Below, in pieces: positions 47,164-56,361 of a DNA stretch of 64,000 nucleotides. The translations under genes were made by a program, and so were the position numbers. The number at the start of each line of letters is the position of its first letter. Positions within the stretch are counted from its first letter, which is position 1. The stretch spans positions 16,142-80,141 of the forward strand of contig JADHTJ010000004.1 of NCBI GenBank assembly GCA_016785015.1, given 5' to 3'. This DNA is from Anaerolineales bacterium (GTDB taxonomy: Bacteria; Chloroflexota; Anaerolineae; Anaerolineales; UBA11858). A model generated the notes under the pieces. The model searched no databases, was not told the origin of the DNA, and worked only from the letters and a program-made list of their open reading frames with translations.

Positions 47164-48123
47164 TTAGCGATGCAGGAACTCGAAGATGCGGTGATAAATC
47201 CAATAGAGAAAATCTTCGGCAAGCTGCCAGTGCAAAATTCTGGGCCGGTTGCGTTCTCTTCCTTTTAGGTTGGTCAGTGCTCCTCTGGCATTAAATCCGT
47301 TCTCAGAGAGTCGATTACCTAAATGCTGCACCCACCATTCTGGTGTGGAGAGACGCAGATAACCCTTCTCGTTGATTGCGACATCCAATAGACGAACTTG
47401 CCCCATGGGGCGTTCATTGGGAATTGGCAAAACGCTTTGGAAAGCTCTCTTAAATCCCACAAATTGGAAATGTCCAGCACCGACATAGTAGTGCTCGCCT
47501 TGATAAGTCAAGCGAATGTCTTCAACGTCCGCGAAAAACTCGCGCACTTTCTGCTCGTCCCCACCCAAACTTCGGGCATGCCGCCAGTGTTCTTCCCAAG
47601 TCAAGAATTCCCCTCTCTCAATCTCTGCATCAGGATTATTCACAGCCCATTGTACAGTACTGGTGGAGAACTCTGCTGGGCTCCACATGGGAATACCGGT
47701 AACCATACCGACATTAGGGAATTTTTCAAGAACATCTAACTGGGCTGTGAGCCAACCAGGATAATAATACACATCACTGTCAGCGTAGGCAATTACTTCC
47801 CCAGGAGCAGCGCCAAAAATAACATTCCAAGCACCAGCCTTCCCTATGTTCTCCTCTGAGAGCAGCAAATATTGAATTTTGCCTTTTTCCTGCATTTTCA
47901 GAAGGTATTGCCTGACTTCAGGACAACTGGCATTATCAAACACCATCAAATCATAAGACTCATCCGTATGATCCCAAATGCTATTTAGACAAATCTTGAG
48001 AACATCCAAACTCTGCTCAAAATATCCGCTTAACAGCGGAATGTACACCACTGTCGCAACGGTCACTCTTGCAGGTTGAGGAACTTCTTGAATGAATTTC
48101 GCCGGATTCTGACCTACGCGCAC
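47164..48123 (-). CDS. GT2-like (GT-A fold) glycosyltransferase, paralogue 1 of 3 (MR[VI]GxNPxK family)
   Basis: 319 aa with MRVGQNPAKFIQEVPQPARVTVATVVYIPLLSGYFEQSLDVLKICLNSIWDHTDESYDLMVFDNAS and the DxD-like AYADSDVYY. Homologous to 50365..51399 and 51433..52386. Confidence 0.65.
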   Translation of the reverse strand: MRVGQNPAKFIQEVPQPARVTVATVVYIPLLSGYFEQSLDVLKICLNSIWDHTDESYDLMVFDNASCPEVRQYLLKMQEKGKIQYLLLSEENIGKAGAWNVIFGAAPGEVIAYADSDVYYYPGWLTAQLDVLEKFPNVGMVTGIPMWSPAEFSTSTVQWAVNNPDAEIERGEFLTWEEHWRHARSLGGDEQKVREFFADVEDIRLTYQGEHYYVGAGHFQFVGFKRAFQSVLPIPNERPMGQVRLLDVAINEKGYLRLSTPEWWVQHLGNRLSENGFNARGALTNLKGRERNRPRILHWQLAEDFLYWIYHRIFEFLHR

Positions 48124-48126
48124 AGG

Positions 48127-50352
48127 TTATTTCTCCAATACTTGTTGTGATTTATGGCTCATTTTCCAGGGGTAAAGCTCCCCGCTGGCCAGTTGATCTA
48201 GCAGAAGTGCAAGAGTCATCCAGCCCATCAGTCTGAGTTGTATCCCAATTGGAATTGCATGACGCTCAACCTCGATAGGGTTACCATGCCAAATAATGAA
48301 CATCAATGGGTAAAGGCTGACAAGCAAGACAGCGACAACGATCCAAGGTGATTGCATTTGATTTTTATCCAAAAGATACCGAAACACTCCTAATAAAGCA
48401 ACACCAATAAAAATGAAAAGTAGCATTAAATTGCGCGGATAAAAGCGCTGCGTTAGCGTTTTCAACCAAAGCGGCACTGTTGGAACTGCATAAAGGGGTT
48501 GATGGTATTCAAGGTTATCGCCACTAAATAGCGTTGGGAGATGGTGGAAAGGTTCAATCAGCGATTCTATCGGATTTGAGAGAAGATACATCATATAGGT
48601 AGACATACCATCCGAATTAATCCACTCTCGAACCGAGGCCATTTCCGGGTCGTTTAACAGGTAATCGTGGAATTCATGACCAAGCATATCTTTGATTCCG
48701 AATAAACTTTCACTTAGTGGCATTCCAGCAGCAGCGAAATATTCTAGAGCGTCTTGGTTCGGCAGAATGCGATGAGCTAAATGATCGAACAAATGAATTT
48801 GCCAAAGATTACTAATATTGAACGAAGCATTCTTTAAGAAAACGATGCCAACAAACAAAACCAAGTATGCTAAGTAATAAACTCTACTCCATTTCGGTGT
48901 TTTCCCGAAAAAATTGGCAATCACAAAAATAATAGCTCCAAAAATAACGAAATATTGATTGCTCTCGCGAGAGAAAACATATAAGATTGTGAAAAGGATT
49001 GTTAAAGTTAGATACCCAAACTGAGTAATATGACTAGGCTGTTTATGGGATGTCGCATTCCATGCTACCCACGCTGCAATGAGCAGAGCAAACAAGGAGA
49101 ATGAGGTTGATTCGGAAAGTATCAAACTGTCCCAAATAGATATCTCCAAATTTATACTGAAATATAATACGAACACAAAAACGAAAGGCTTGAGCCACAG
49201 TGCGCGCATTCGTAAAGAAAAGGCTACTGCAAGAGTTGTCCAAGCAAAGATCGAGAACCAGTATTGGAACTGAACCAAATCGAAATATTGCTCAATTTCT
49301 GTATAGTTTTCTATTGTGATGCCAAAGTATTTCAGAGTTAATGGATATGTGAAAGGGCGAATCCCTGCCCAAAAATCCAGCGTATCTAATGGTTCATCGG
49401 CTGTTTTCACGTACCATTCTGTATCGCGGAAAATTCTCTCTGTGCTAAATTCCATGTAGGAAAATTTGGCATCTATAAATAATGCGAATATTCCCACATA
49501 TAACAAAGCCAATATCACTTTAATAATCGGTGAACTGGGCCACCGAGCATCTACAATATATCCAACTAAAGAAAATATTGTGAACAGAGAAATAAAGTGA
49601 AGTACTAGAAGAAGTGAAATCAACAAAGTATTCGCGATTGTTGAAGAGCCATCACTAATTACACGTTCCGCAGAGATACTCTTGGGGGCAAAGAGATCAA
49701 ATTCTGTTGGTTCTTCATCCCAGACGATGGCAACTTGGCCAGCATTTTCGTTAAAACGGAATTGAAGTACAACTCCACCTGGCATCCGGCTCTTTAACTC
49801 AGCAACAGAGTTTGATTGCCTCCCTATGGAGATCAAAGTTTCGCCAACAATTTGCCAATCTCCCGATAACTCAAATTCATTCATTGGAACTGGGCTGCCA
49901 TCAAGATAGCTGAGTTTGCGAATCTCAACAACTGTACCTACTGATTGCGCATTTTTAACCCCTGTTGAGATGATCTGCAAATTACGCTGCTCTGAGAAAT
50001 CAGGCTGAGCCAGAGGGAATAAAATCAGTGTCAAAATTGAAACTGCGGCGCTAGTCAGAAGCAAAAAGCGTATCTCGCTCTTAGATATCTCTTTTAGCAA
50101 AGGAAAAATAATGTATTTTCCCAGCAAAGCCACAATAAAAAAAATAACGGGAAGAAGAATAATGCTTTTGGAAAAGGCGCGTATTGAATAAACCCCATAT
50201 TGGTTTCCAAAGTATAGGGATATCGCCAGCAGCCACCAAGCAATCGTGATCACTGTCAATGATAAAAGATATAGCAGAACGTCTTTGGTTGTTTGATGCG
50301 GTTTAGAAAAAGGAGGGAAAAAACTCTGGAGCATGTTTAAATTATTGTCCAA
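48127..50352 (-). CDS. large AT-rich polytopic membrane protein with an N-proximal soluble (beta-rich) insert; function unknown (polymerase-like candidate)
   Basis: 741 aa. About 3 TMs are followed by a ~120-aa non-hydrophobic segment (NLQIISTGVKNAQSVGTVVEIRKLSYLDGSPV...VLQFRFNENAGQVAIVWDEEPTEF), then more than 12 TM segments. No family recognised. Confidence 0.5.
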   Translation of the reverse strand: MDNNLNMLQSFFPPFSKPHQTTKDVLLYLLSLTVITIAWWLLAISLYFGNQYGVYSIRAFSKSIILLPVIFFIVALLGKYIIFPLLKEISKSEIRFLLLTSAAVSILTLILFPLAQPDFSEQRNLQIISTGVKNAQSVGTVVEIRKLSYLDGSPVPMNEFELSGDWQIVGETLISIGRQSNSVAELKSRMPGGVVLQFRFNENAGQVAIVWDEEPTEFDLFAPKSISAERVISDGSSTIANTLLISLLLVLHFISLFTIFSLVGYIVDARWPSSPIIKVILALLYVGIFALFIDAKFSYMEFSTERIFRDTEWYVKTADEPLDTLDFWAGIRPFTYPLTLKYFGITIENYTEIEQYFDLVQFQYWFSIFAWTTLAVAFSLRMRALWLKPFVFVFVLYFSINLEISIWDSLILSESTSFSLFALLIAAWVAWNATSHKQPSHITQFGYLTLTILFTILYVFSRESNQYFVIFGAIIFVIANFFGKTPKWSRVYYLAYLVLFVGIVFLKNASFNISNLWQIHLFDHLAHRILPNQDALEYFAAAGMPLSESLFGIKDMLGHEFHDYLLNDPEMASVREWINSDGMSTYMMYLLSNPIESLIEPFHHLPTLFSGDNLEYHQPLYAVPTVPLWLKTLTQRFYPRNLMLLFIFIGVALLGVFRYLLDKNQMQSPWIVVAVLLVSLYPLMFIIWHGNPIEVERHAIPIGIQLRLMGWMTLALLLDQLASGELYPWKMSHKSQQVLEK

Positions 50353-50364
50353 TTATCAATAAAG

Positions 50365-51399
50365 CTACTTGGAATCACTATAGAGAACATCAAATAAGAG
50401 AGAGTATATTCGTTGGATAAATCGGTTTATGGTTGAACTTCGTGCAGCTGCCTTGGATAGCAATGTCTTCAAGAATCCATCTCGTCGGATACTCGTTTCG
50501 GTGGAATCAGTAATATTCAAAGATGTTACGCCTTTGAGCCGCACTTGATCAACCTCAGCAGTATTTCGTCCCTTCAACGAATTGCCAAGATGATAGACAA
50601 GCGGATCTGGGAGCGAAAGCTGTAAATACCCTAATGCTTCCATTCGACGATTGATATCAAAGTCATCTGCTGGATCCAATGCCATGGTTGCTGGAAGAGG
50701 AACTAACTTTCGAGCCAACTCCCTACGAAGCATAAATTGCATATGTGTTGTCCCAACAACAGCACCCACTCCAGACGTCTGGTTTGTTGCTACTTTCAAG
50801 CGATTCTGCAATAAACGCTGGTATACATCATCTGAAGCACCAATGCCGTCACAGTATTCAGCTAAAATTCCAGGATCTGGCTGCTCATCTGAAATTTGAA
50901 CTGCTTTATTTTCTGCTAACTGTTTTGCCGCTTCAGCTACACCGGGAATGCCATCGAAAAATGCCGGTTGTGCGCTGACGATGCCAACTTGATCAAATGA
51001 ATCAAAGATCTCCAAACTGCGCTGCATCCACCCCGGGCGAAAGAGAACATCACTGTCTGTAAACACGATGAACTCGTTGGGCATTGCTGAAAAAATCCAG
51101 TTCAATGCACCGGTTTTTCCCAGATTTTGTTTAGAGAGAAACAGCCAATCAATAACCCCCGAATGGTGCTGTGTTGTTAGGAATTCTTTTAGCTCATCGC
51201 AACTGCCATTATCAAAAACAAGCAAATCTATATCTTCAGCAACCGTTTGTCGAAGGCTGTGGAGATGCACATCGATGACGTCCAATGCTTCCTTGAAGTA
51301 CCCATCTAGGAAAGGGACGAAGGTGATCGACGCCACTCCAATACGCTTTGGAGAATATGCTTGTAATCGTTTTTTTACAGGATTTGAACCAATGCGCAT
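50365..51399 (-). CDS. GT2-like (GT-A fold) glycosyltransferase, paralogue 2 of 3
   Basis: 344 aa with MRIGSNPVKKRLQAYSPKRIGVASITFVPFLDGYFKEALDVIDVHLHSLRQTVAEDIDLLVFDNGS and VFTDSDVLF. Confidence 0.65.
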   Translation of the reverse strand: MRIGSNPVKKRLQAYSPKRIGVASITFVPFLDGYFKEALDVIDVHLHSLRQTVAEDIDLLVFDNGSCDELKEFLTTQHHSGVIDWLFLSKQNLGKTGALNWIFSAMPNEFIVFTDSDVLFRPGWMQRSLEIFDSFDQVGIVSAQPAFFDGIPGVAEAAKQLAENKAVQISDEQPDPGILAEYCDGIGASDDVYQRLLQNRLKVATNQTSGVGAVVGTTHMQFMLRRELARKLVPLPATMALDPADDFDINRRMEALGYLQLSLPDPLVYHLGNSLKGRNTAEVDQVRLKGVTSLNITDSTETSIRRDGFLKTLLSKAAARSSTINRFIQRIYSLLFDVLYSDSK

Positions 51400-51432
51400 A
51401 GTGTCAATTAGGACAGATGAGACAAACTTAAT

Positions 51433-52386
51433 TTATTTGGTGCTGAAGTAAATTTGAAATATTCGGTTGTAGAAATAGAGCAGCATTTTTTTCAATGGAG
51501 GCCATTTCCACAAAGTGTTGCGAGTTTTTTGAATGTAATCGATTGATGCTGACACTTCTGCCTGAGCAGGCATCACATTGCCCATATGCACAACCAAAGG
51601 ATCACTTATCATCAATCGCAGGTAACCCTTCTCATTGAGGTTTTCGTCCAGGGTTCTAACCTGCCCCATAGGTTTATCCATCTCAAAAGGTAGCAAGGAT
51701 GCAAGAACATTCTTCTTCGCGACAAATTGAAAGTGAGCCGCTCCTGCATAGGCGGTCAGACTTCCAAATGATAGTCGGTAGTCGTAGCTAGTTTGGAACC
51801 ACTCTTCAGTCTGCTCCAAAGAAACGCCGCAGCTCAATGAATGTGCGCTGAAAACATGCCAGGGTAGGAACTGACCTTTTTCTACGCCAACCCCATCAGT
51901 CTGCTCAGCCCAATTCAAAGTTGCGGAGAAATATTTCTCTTTGCTGCGTAAAGGACGTCCGGTCACCATGCCGACCTTGGGAAAGCTTTCCAAAATTTCC
52001 AATGATTGCGAAAGCCAGCCTTCACGGAATAGGATATCGCTGTCTGCATAGGCAACGATGTCTCCAGGTGCAGCACTAAATACAAAATTCCAGGCGCCAC
52101 CCTTCCCTAGATTTTGTTCAGAGAGAGTTAGAAATTGGATATTGCCTTTCGAATACTCATCTCGAAGGTATGATTGCGTTTCTTCCCCGCTGCCATTATC
52201 AAAAACTAATAAGTCGTACGATTCGGTTGTGTTTGCTCTCAAGCTACGTAGGCTGAGCTTGAGCACATCCAAACTTTGCGCGTAATATCCACTCAAGAAA
52301 GGGATATAGGTAACAACAGCTACCGTTACTCTTTTCGGTTTCGACACTTGCTGCAGGGATTTAGCGGGATTCTGGCCAACACGCAT
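51433..52386 (-). CDS. GT2-like (GT-A fold) glycosyltransferase, paralogue 3 of 3
   Basis: 317 aa with MRVGQNPAKSLQQVSKPKRVTVAVVTYIPFLSGYYAQSLDVLKLSLRSLRANTTESYDLLVFDNGS and AYADSDILF. Confidence 0.65.
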   Translation of the reverse strand: MRVGQNPAKSLQQVSKPKRVTVAVVTYIPFLSGYYAQSLDVLKLSLRSLRANTTESYDLLVFDNGSGEETQSYLRDEYSKGNIQFLTLSEQNLGKGGAWNFVFSAAPGDIVAYADSDILFREGWLSQSLEILESFPKVGMVTGRPLRSKEKYFSATLNWAEQTDGVGVEKGQFLPWHVFSAHSLSCGVSLEQTEEWFQTSYDYRLSFGSLTAYAGAAHFQFVAKKNVLASLLPFEMDKPMGQVRTLDENLNEKGYLRLMISDPLVVHMGNVMPAQAEVSASIDYIQKTRNTLWKWPPLKKMLLYFYNRIFQIYFSTK

Positions 52387-52392
52387 TTTTGA

Positions 52393-53271
52393 TTACTTGA
52401 TCGGCACCCAGGCCTTATGAGGAAAAAGTTTTTGTAGGATTCGCCGCCAAAGCAGACCAAAACGCCGTTTCAGTGCAACATTGCGCTCAGGTTTTACTTG
52501 AAATCGAACTTGTCCGTGCTCACGGGGTTTCGCCAAAACAGTCAAATAAAGTGGCAATATTCTTGAACGTGGGTGCCCATGTTGCTTTAAAACAACGATT
52601 TGAAAACCAGCCTTATCGAGCACTTGTCCAAGGGAATGTGCGCTGAAGCTTGTCATGTGTGCTATTTCGAAACTATCATGGGAGAATAGATTTGGCACCT
52701 CGATCAGCAACCACCCCGAGGGAGTCAGGTAATCCTTTCTCATATCTGCGAGGTAACCAACGGGATCAGGCAGATGCTCCAAGACATGCGCCATGCTGAT
52801 CAAATCAAAATCAGGTTTTTCTGTATCTTCCAAATCACTGATATCCGCATAAACCGTGAGACCTTGTTTTTGAGCATGATTTCGATACGCGTCCCCTGGC
52901 TCTATCCCGATGGCTTCGCATCCAAAGTGATCTCGGAAGCGCTGCAACAAGATACCGCTTGAACAGCCAATATCAAGGTATCGAGTTGGAGTGACTTGTT
53001 GTTGAGCTAAAATCTCCATCAACGCATCGGCGCGCCCATTTTGTACGAAGAGATCTTTCTTCGTCGGGCCTTCTTCACCCTGGTAAACCTGGCGGTATTC
53101 TCGGGCATAGAAGGCATCCAATTCGTCCGCTGTCATGCGCGGAGATTGAAACACCAAGCCGCAGTTTTCACAAATACAGTTGACAACCTGATGCTCGCGA
53201 AACTGACGCTGATCAAAGAGTGAATTTTTATCGCTTAGGCAAAGGGGGCATTGATTGATTTCTTGGGGCAT
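52393..53271 (-). CDS. class I SAM-dependent methyltransferase with N-terminal zinc-ribbon
   Basis: 292 aa with CPLCLSDKNSLF...CENCGLVFQSP, motif I YLDIGCSSGILL, and SMAHVLEHLPDP. Confidence 0.8.
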   Translation of the reverse strand: MPQEINQCPLCLSDKNSLFDQRQFREHQVVNCICENCGLVFQSPRMTADELDAFYAREYRQVYQGEEGPTKKDLFVQNGRADALMEILAQQQVTPTRYLDIGCSSGILLQRFRDHFGCEAIGIEPGDAYRNHAQKQGLTVYADISDLEDTEKPDFDLISMAHVLEHLPDPVGYLADMRKDYLTPSGWLLIEVPNLFSHDSFEIAHMTSFSAHSLGQVLDKAGFQIVVLKQHGHPRSRILPLYLTVLAKPREHGQVRFQVKPERNVALKRRFGLLWRRILQKLFPHKAWVPIK

Positions 53272-53279
53272 AAATGTTC

Positions 53280-54173
53280 TTAGTTTGAAACTAGCTTTCG
53301 TCGCAGGCGACGTAGTTGACGGATCAGCAACCAGCGCAAGCCTCGCTGATCTGGAGAGTAAACAATTCGTTCAAGCTTGCGCACAAAACGGGCGGGATGA
53401 AATCCTACGGGACGAATGCTTTCTCCAATAAATTCATGACTGGCGTCTAAGACCATATACATGTTTTGCATGCCGCCCCCCAATTCGGCATTGATTTGTG
53501 TTTCTTCGAGGTCGTAATGCATCTGGCCGCCAGGAAGATGAGCATAGTCATGGTTCTGGTGAATCACCACCAATGATTCGGTCGCATCAACCACGGACCA
53601 TTTTTTCTGCAATCCCTGGTAGATCATCCAGTTATCCCAACCAGCCCGGCCAATGGCAAAATCGGGAATATCGGCAAATATCGTGCGTGGAAAGATAAAG
53701 TAGTCACTGCCCGCAGGGGCATGTAAAATACCGTTGGTTTGTACGCTATTTCGAAGTTCAGACACCCAGTTATCGTCAAATGACAACTGCTCATTGAGAT
53801 CTAAATCCCAACGCCGCCCAACAATCAGAAATTCCTTAGATTGTTCAACAGTTATACGGGCAACATTCACAAATTCTGGCATCAAAAGCATATCGGCGTT
53901 GACATATGCTAATACAGGGGCCTTGCTTGCTTCTCGAGCCAGGCTAAAAATAGAACTCACAAGGGGCGTCCCCCACTCATTCCTGGCAACATCTGGCAAA
54001 TGCTTCAGGCTATACTCCTGAGCGACCTCTGCCAGCCCATCCTCTTCACCAATTAATAACACTTCGACATCATCACCCAAATGCTGCCAAGATTGAATAG
54101 CATTGCGTTGGATTGTATCGATATGGGTATCCAAGAATGGCTTTGGGGCTGTAAAAATTGTCAGGAAGGTCAT
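53280..54173 (-). CDS. uncharacterised protein, possible GT-A-like glycosyltransferase
   Basis: 297 aa. FLTIFTAPKPFLDTHIDTIQRNAIQSWQHLGDDVEVLLIGEEDG, AYVNADMLL (in the DxD position), GRAGWDNWMI and HQNHDY. The assignment rests on the beta-alpha-beta start and acidic motif only. Confidence 0.35.
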   Translation of the reverse strand: MTFLTIFTAPKPFLDTHIDTIQRNAIQSWQHLGDDVEVLLIGEEDGLAEVAQEYSLKHLPDVARNEWGTPLVSSIFSLAREASKAPVLAYVNADMLLMPEFVNVARITVEQSKEFLIVGRRWDLDLNEQLSFDDNWVSELRNSVQTNGILHAPAGSDYFIFPRTIFADIPDFAIGRAGWDNWMIYQGLQKKWSVVDATESLVVIHQNHDYAHLPGGQMHYDLEETQINAELGGGMQNMYMVLDASHEFIGESIRPVGFHPARFVRKLERIVYSPDQRGLRWLLIRQLRRLRRKLVSN

Positions 54174-54176
54174 TTG

Positions 54177-55037
54177 TTAGCGTTGGCGATCATCAACATC
54201 CAAGTGGGTTTTATGCTGAATATCTGCATTGATCTGCATAATTTCCGGTTCTCTTTCCAAAAGGGCTAATACATCCAACCAGGCAAATTGATCCTTGGGG
54301 AGGCGTGATGCAACTTCCCGAACGAAGGCCAAGTCTTCAGGCGTATCGACTGTCCAACGATGATGACCTAGCTCTTCATCGTGGTGCAGCAATCCAACCT
54401 TAAATCCAAGAGGGGATATAGATTTTCCCAGAGGAATTTTGTCCGATGAAAACTGCAAATCTTCAACGGGCACACCTTCATAAAAGTATGGCGTGACATG
54501 TTCGCGCTGGTGCAATTCTTTGGCTTGCTGCCATGCCTGTTCGAGTGCTACAAAAGTGAACACTTCAGTGTCTAGCCCAATAGGGTAGGATCGCCACCAG
54601 GGTTTTGGAAGGCGGTTTGTGACAAAATCCCAGTGGACAGTGGTCAGTGGACAGTGATCAGAATCTATCACTTCACTTGGAGATGTAAACAAACCACACA
54701 CAGCCTGATCTAAAAGTTCTGGATCGATAAATGGGCAATCGGCTGTGATGCGTACGACTACATCGGCTTTGAATTCTTTGGCAGCCTGATAGTAGCGATC
54801 GAGTACATCGTGAATGCTCCCACGGGAATAGGCAATATTTTGTGACCTGCAGAAATCCACAACAGTATCATCGGATGGGTCAGTCGTTGTTGCAACAACC
54901 ACCTGACTGATTGTTCTTGCCTTTCGTGTTCGTTCCACGACCCATTGAAGCATTGGTCGCCCGGCAATATCCAAGAGCACTTTACTTGGGAGGCGAGATG
55001 CGCTCATTCTAGCCTGGATAATGGCAATAATATTCAT
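54177..55037 (-). CDS. cytidylyltransferase family protein (SpsF/FlmC-like, CMP-sugar synthetase-type)
   Basis: 286 aa with NIIAIIQARMSASRLPSKVLLDIAGRPMLQWVVER, plus DFVTNRLP...SYPIGLDTEVF, both typical of SpsF-like proteins. Confidence 0.7.
   Translation of the reverse strand: MNIIAIIQARMSASRLPSKVLLDIAGRPMLQWVVERTRKARTISQVVVATTTDPSDDTVVDFCRSQNIAYSRGSIHDVLDRYYQAAKEFKADVVVRITADCPFIDPELLDQAVCGLFTSPSEVIDSDHCPLTTVHWDFVTNRLPKPWWRSYPIGLDTEVFTFVALEQAWQQAKELHQREHVTPYFYEGVPVEDLQFSSDKIPLGKSISPLGFKVGLLHHDEELGHHRWTVDTPEDLAFVREVASRLPKDQFAWLDVLALLEREPEIMQINADIQHKTHLDVDDRQR
54631..54658. repeat. heptanucleotide array inside a coding region (CAGTGGA CAGTGGT CAGTGGA CAGTGAT)
   Basis: Read directly. It lies within CDS 54177..55037 and encodes SDHCPLTTVHW on the minus strand. 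Confidence 0.75.
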
Positions 55038-56350
55038 GCAGATTGCGCCTCACTGGGAATTGGCAATGCTTCCACAAAACCCTTCTGGCGGAATTTTTCT
55101 ACATATTCGCGAACGATCCAATAATCTAAACCCACTTCTTCAGCGATATCAAAAATGCTGTGCTGCCCTTCAAGGCTCATCATGATTTTTTCAAAAGACC
55201 GGTTCAAAATGAAATTATCTCTCCAATCTACCCAGAGATCATTGCCCGACAAGAAAAGTGGACCGCGAAATTTCCTTTTGGGAATGTAATTTGTTCCAAA
55301 GATACGTACAATTTCCTCGACGACATCCGCAGCATCTTGAAGCATATCTTCATGGATGATATCTGGGTTGTCATCTGTGGTGTGATACTCATCATACGGC
55401 CAACGATTGACCGAAATACAGGGCACATTGACGCCTGGTCCGTTGATGACGCGTTCGTCATTGGGAGGAAAGTCGGCGAAGTTACGCTCTAGGTGATCTC
55501 GCTCACGCAAAACATAATTTGTGATTCGATCCAACAGATGATCGTGTTGACGCGTGCGGTGCCAGGCAATGGTATTTTTGTTGCCGGTCATCTCTACAAA
55601 AATGCCACCTTTCATCTGGGGGATCAACGCCTCGTTGTGAGCCAGGTAAGCAATCGTGCCAATTGTTTCAGGGCCAAACCAAAAGCGCACACTCATCGAA
55701 CCTGCGGGCAATGGATTCTCCTCCAGCCGCTGGGCAACTTCAACCGCTGTGACCACTCCGGCGGTGTCATCGTTAGCTTGCATGGGATGGCAGATATGAG
55801 AGGAAATCAAGATTTCACCAGCCTCGGGAACAAAACCATCCTCTGGGTGCTGTACCCCAAACCCTACGCGAAAACCACCATCCTTGGGATCAGGGAGAAA
55901 CTCCGAGCGGATCACGGCCCTATAACGCACATCCCGCGGCAGGTCATCAAAATCATTCTTTGAAAGACAAAATCCCCAATCTCGCTGATAGAACTTGAAA
56001 TGCCAAGGGATAGCCCGAGGGCGTTTTTCGTTATAAAAAAGATGCGGCTCCAATTCATCCCAGGTGAGCATCCGATCAATGGGCAGAGAGTAGGAAACAA
56101 TGTGAAGAGGGTTATCTGCAAAATCTACTACCCGCTCCCCGGACTCCGTTTCAAGATAGGCTTCATGCACCACGTAACGTTCGGGAACTTGCCACGTCCA
56201 TATCGCATCACCCGGAGTATAGATTTCGATGGTGTAATTCGCTGAAGGAGGCAGGGCATCGCCAACAATGTGCAATGCTTCATCCATGCCCTCTGATGCC
56301 AACGTTCGGTGAAGTGGATAGATTTTTTCGAGGAGCGGCTTTAATTGCAT
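55034..56350 (-). CDS. aminopeptidase-like (M28-fold, DUF2172/DUF4910-type) protein of polysaccharide clusters, with C-terminal winged-helix-like segment
   Basis: 438 aa. LHRTLASEGMDEALHIVGD...WTWQVPERYVV...SSHICHPMQANDDTAGV matches my recollection of the 'polysaccharide biosynthesis protein with aminopeptidase-like domain' family. Its ATG overlaps the upstream... downstream neighbour's start region by 4 nt (55034-55037). Confidence 0.5.
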   Translation of the reverse strand: MQLKPLLEKIYPLHRTLASEGMDEALHIVGDALPPSANYTIEIYTPGDAIWTWQVPERYVVHEAYLETESGERVVDFADNPLHIVSYSLPIDRMLTWDELEPHLFYNEKRPRAIPWHFKFYQRDWGFCLSKNDFDDLPRDVRYRAVIRSEFLPDPKDGGFRVGFGVQHPEDGFVPEAGEILISSHICHPMQANDDTAGVVTAVEVAQRLEENPLPAGSMSVRFWFGPETIGTIAYLAHNEALIPQMKGGIFVEMTGNKNTIAWHRTRQHDHLLDRITNYVLRERDHLERNFADFPPNDERVINGPGVNVPCISVNRWPYDEYHTTDDNPDIIHEDMLQDAADVVEEIVRIFGTNYIPKRKFRGPLFLSGNDLWVDWRDNFILNRSFEKIMMSLEGQHSIFDIAEEVGLDYWIVREYVEKFRQKGFVEALPIPSEAQSA

Positions 56351-56361
56351 AGAGCAGTTAT

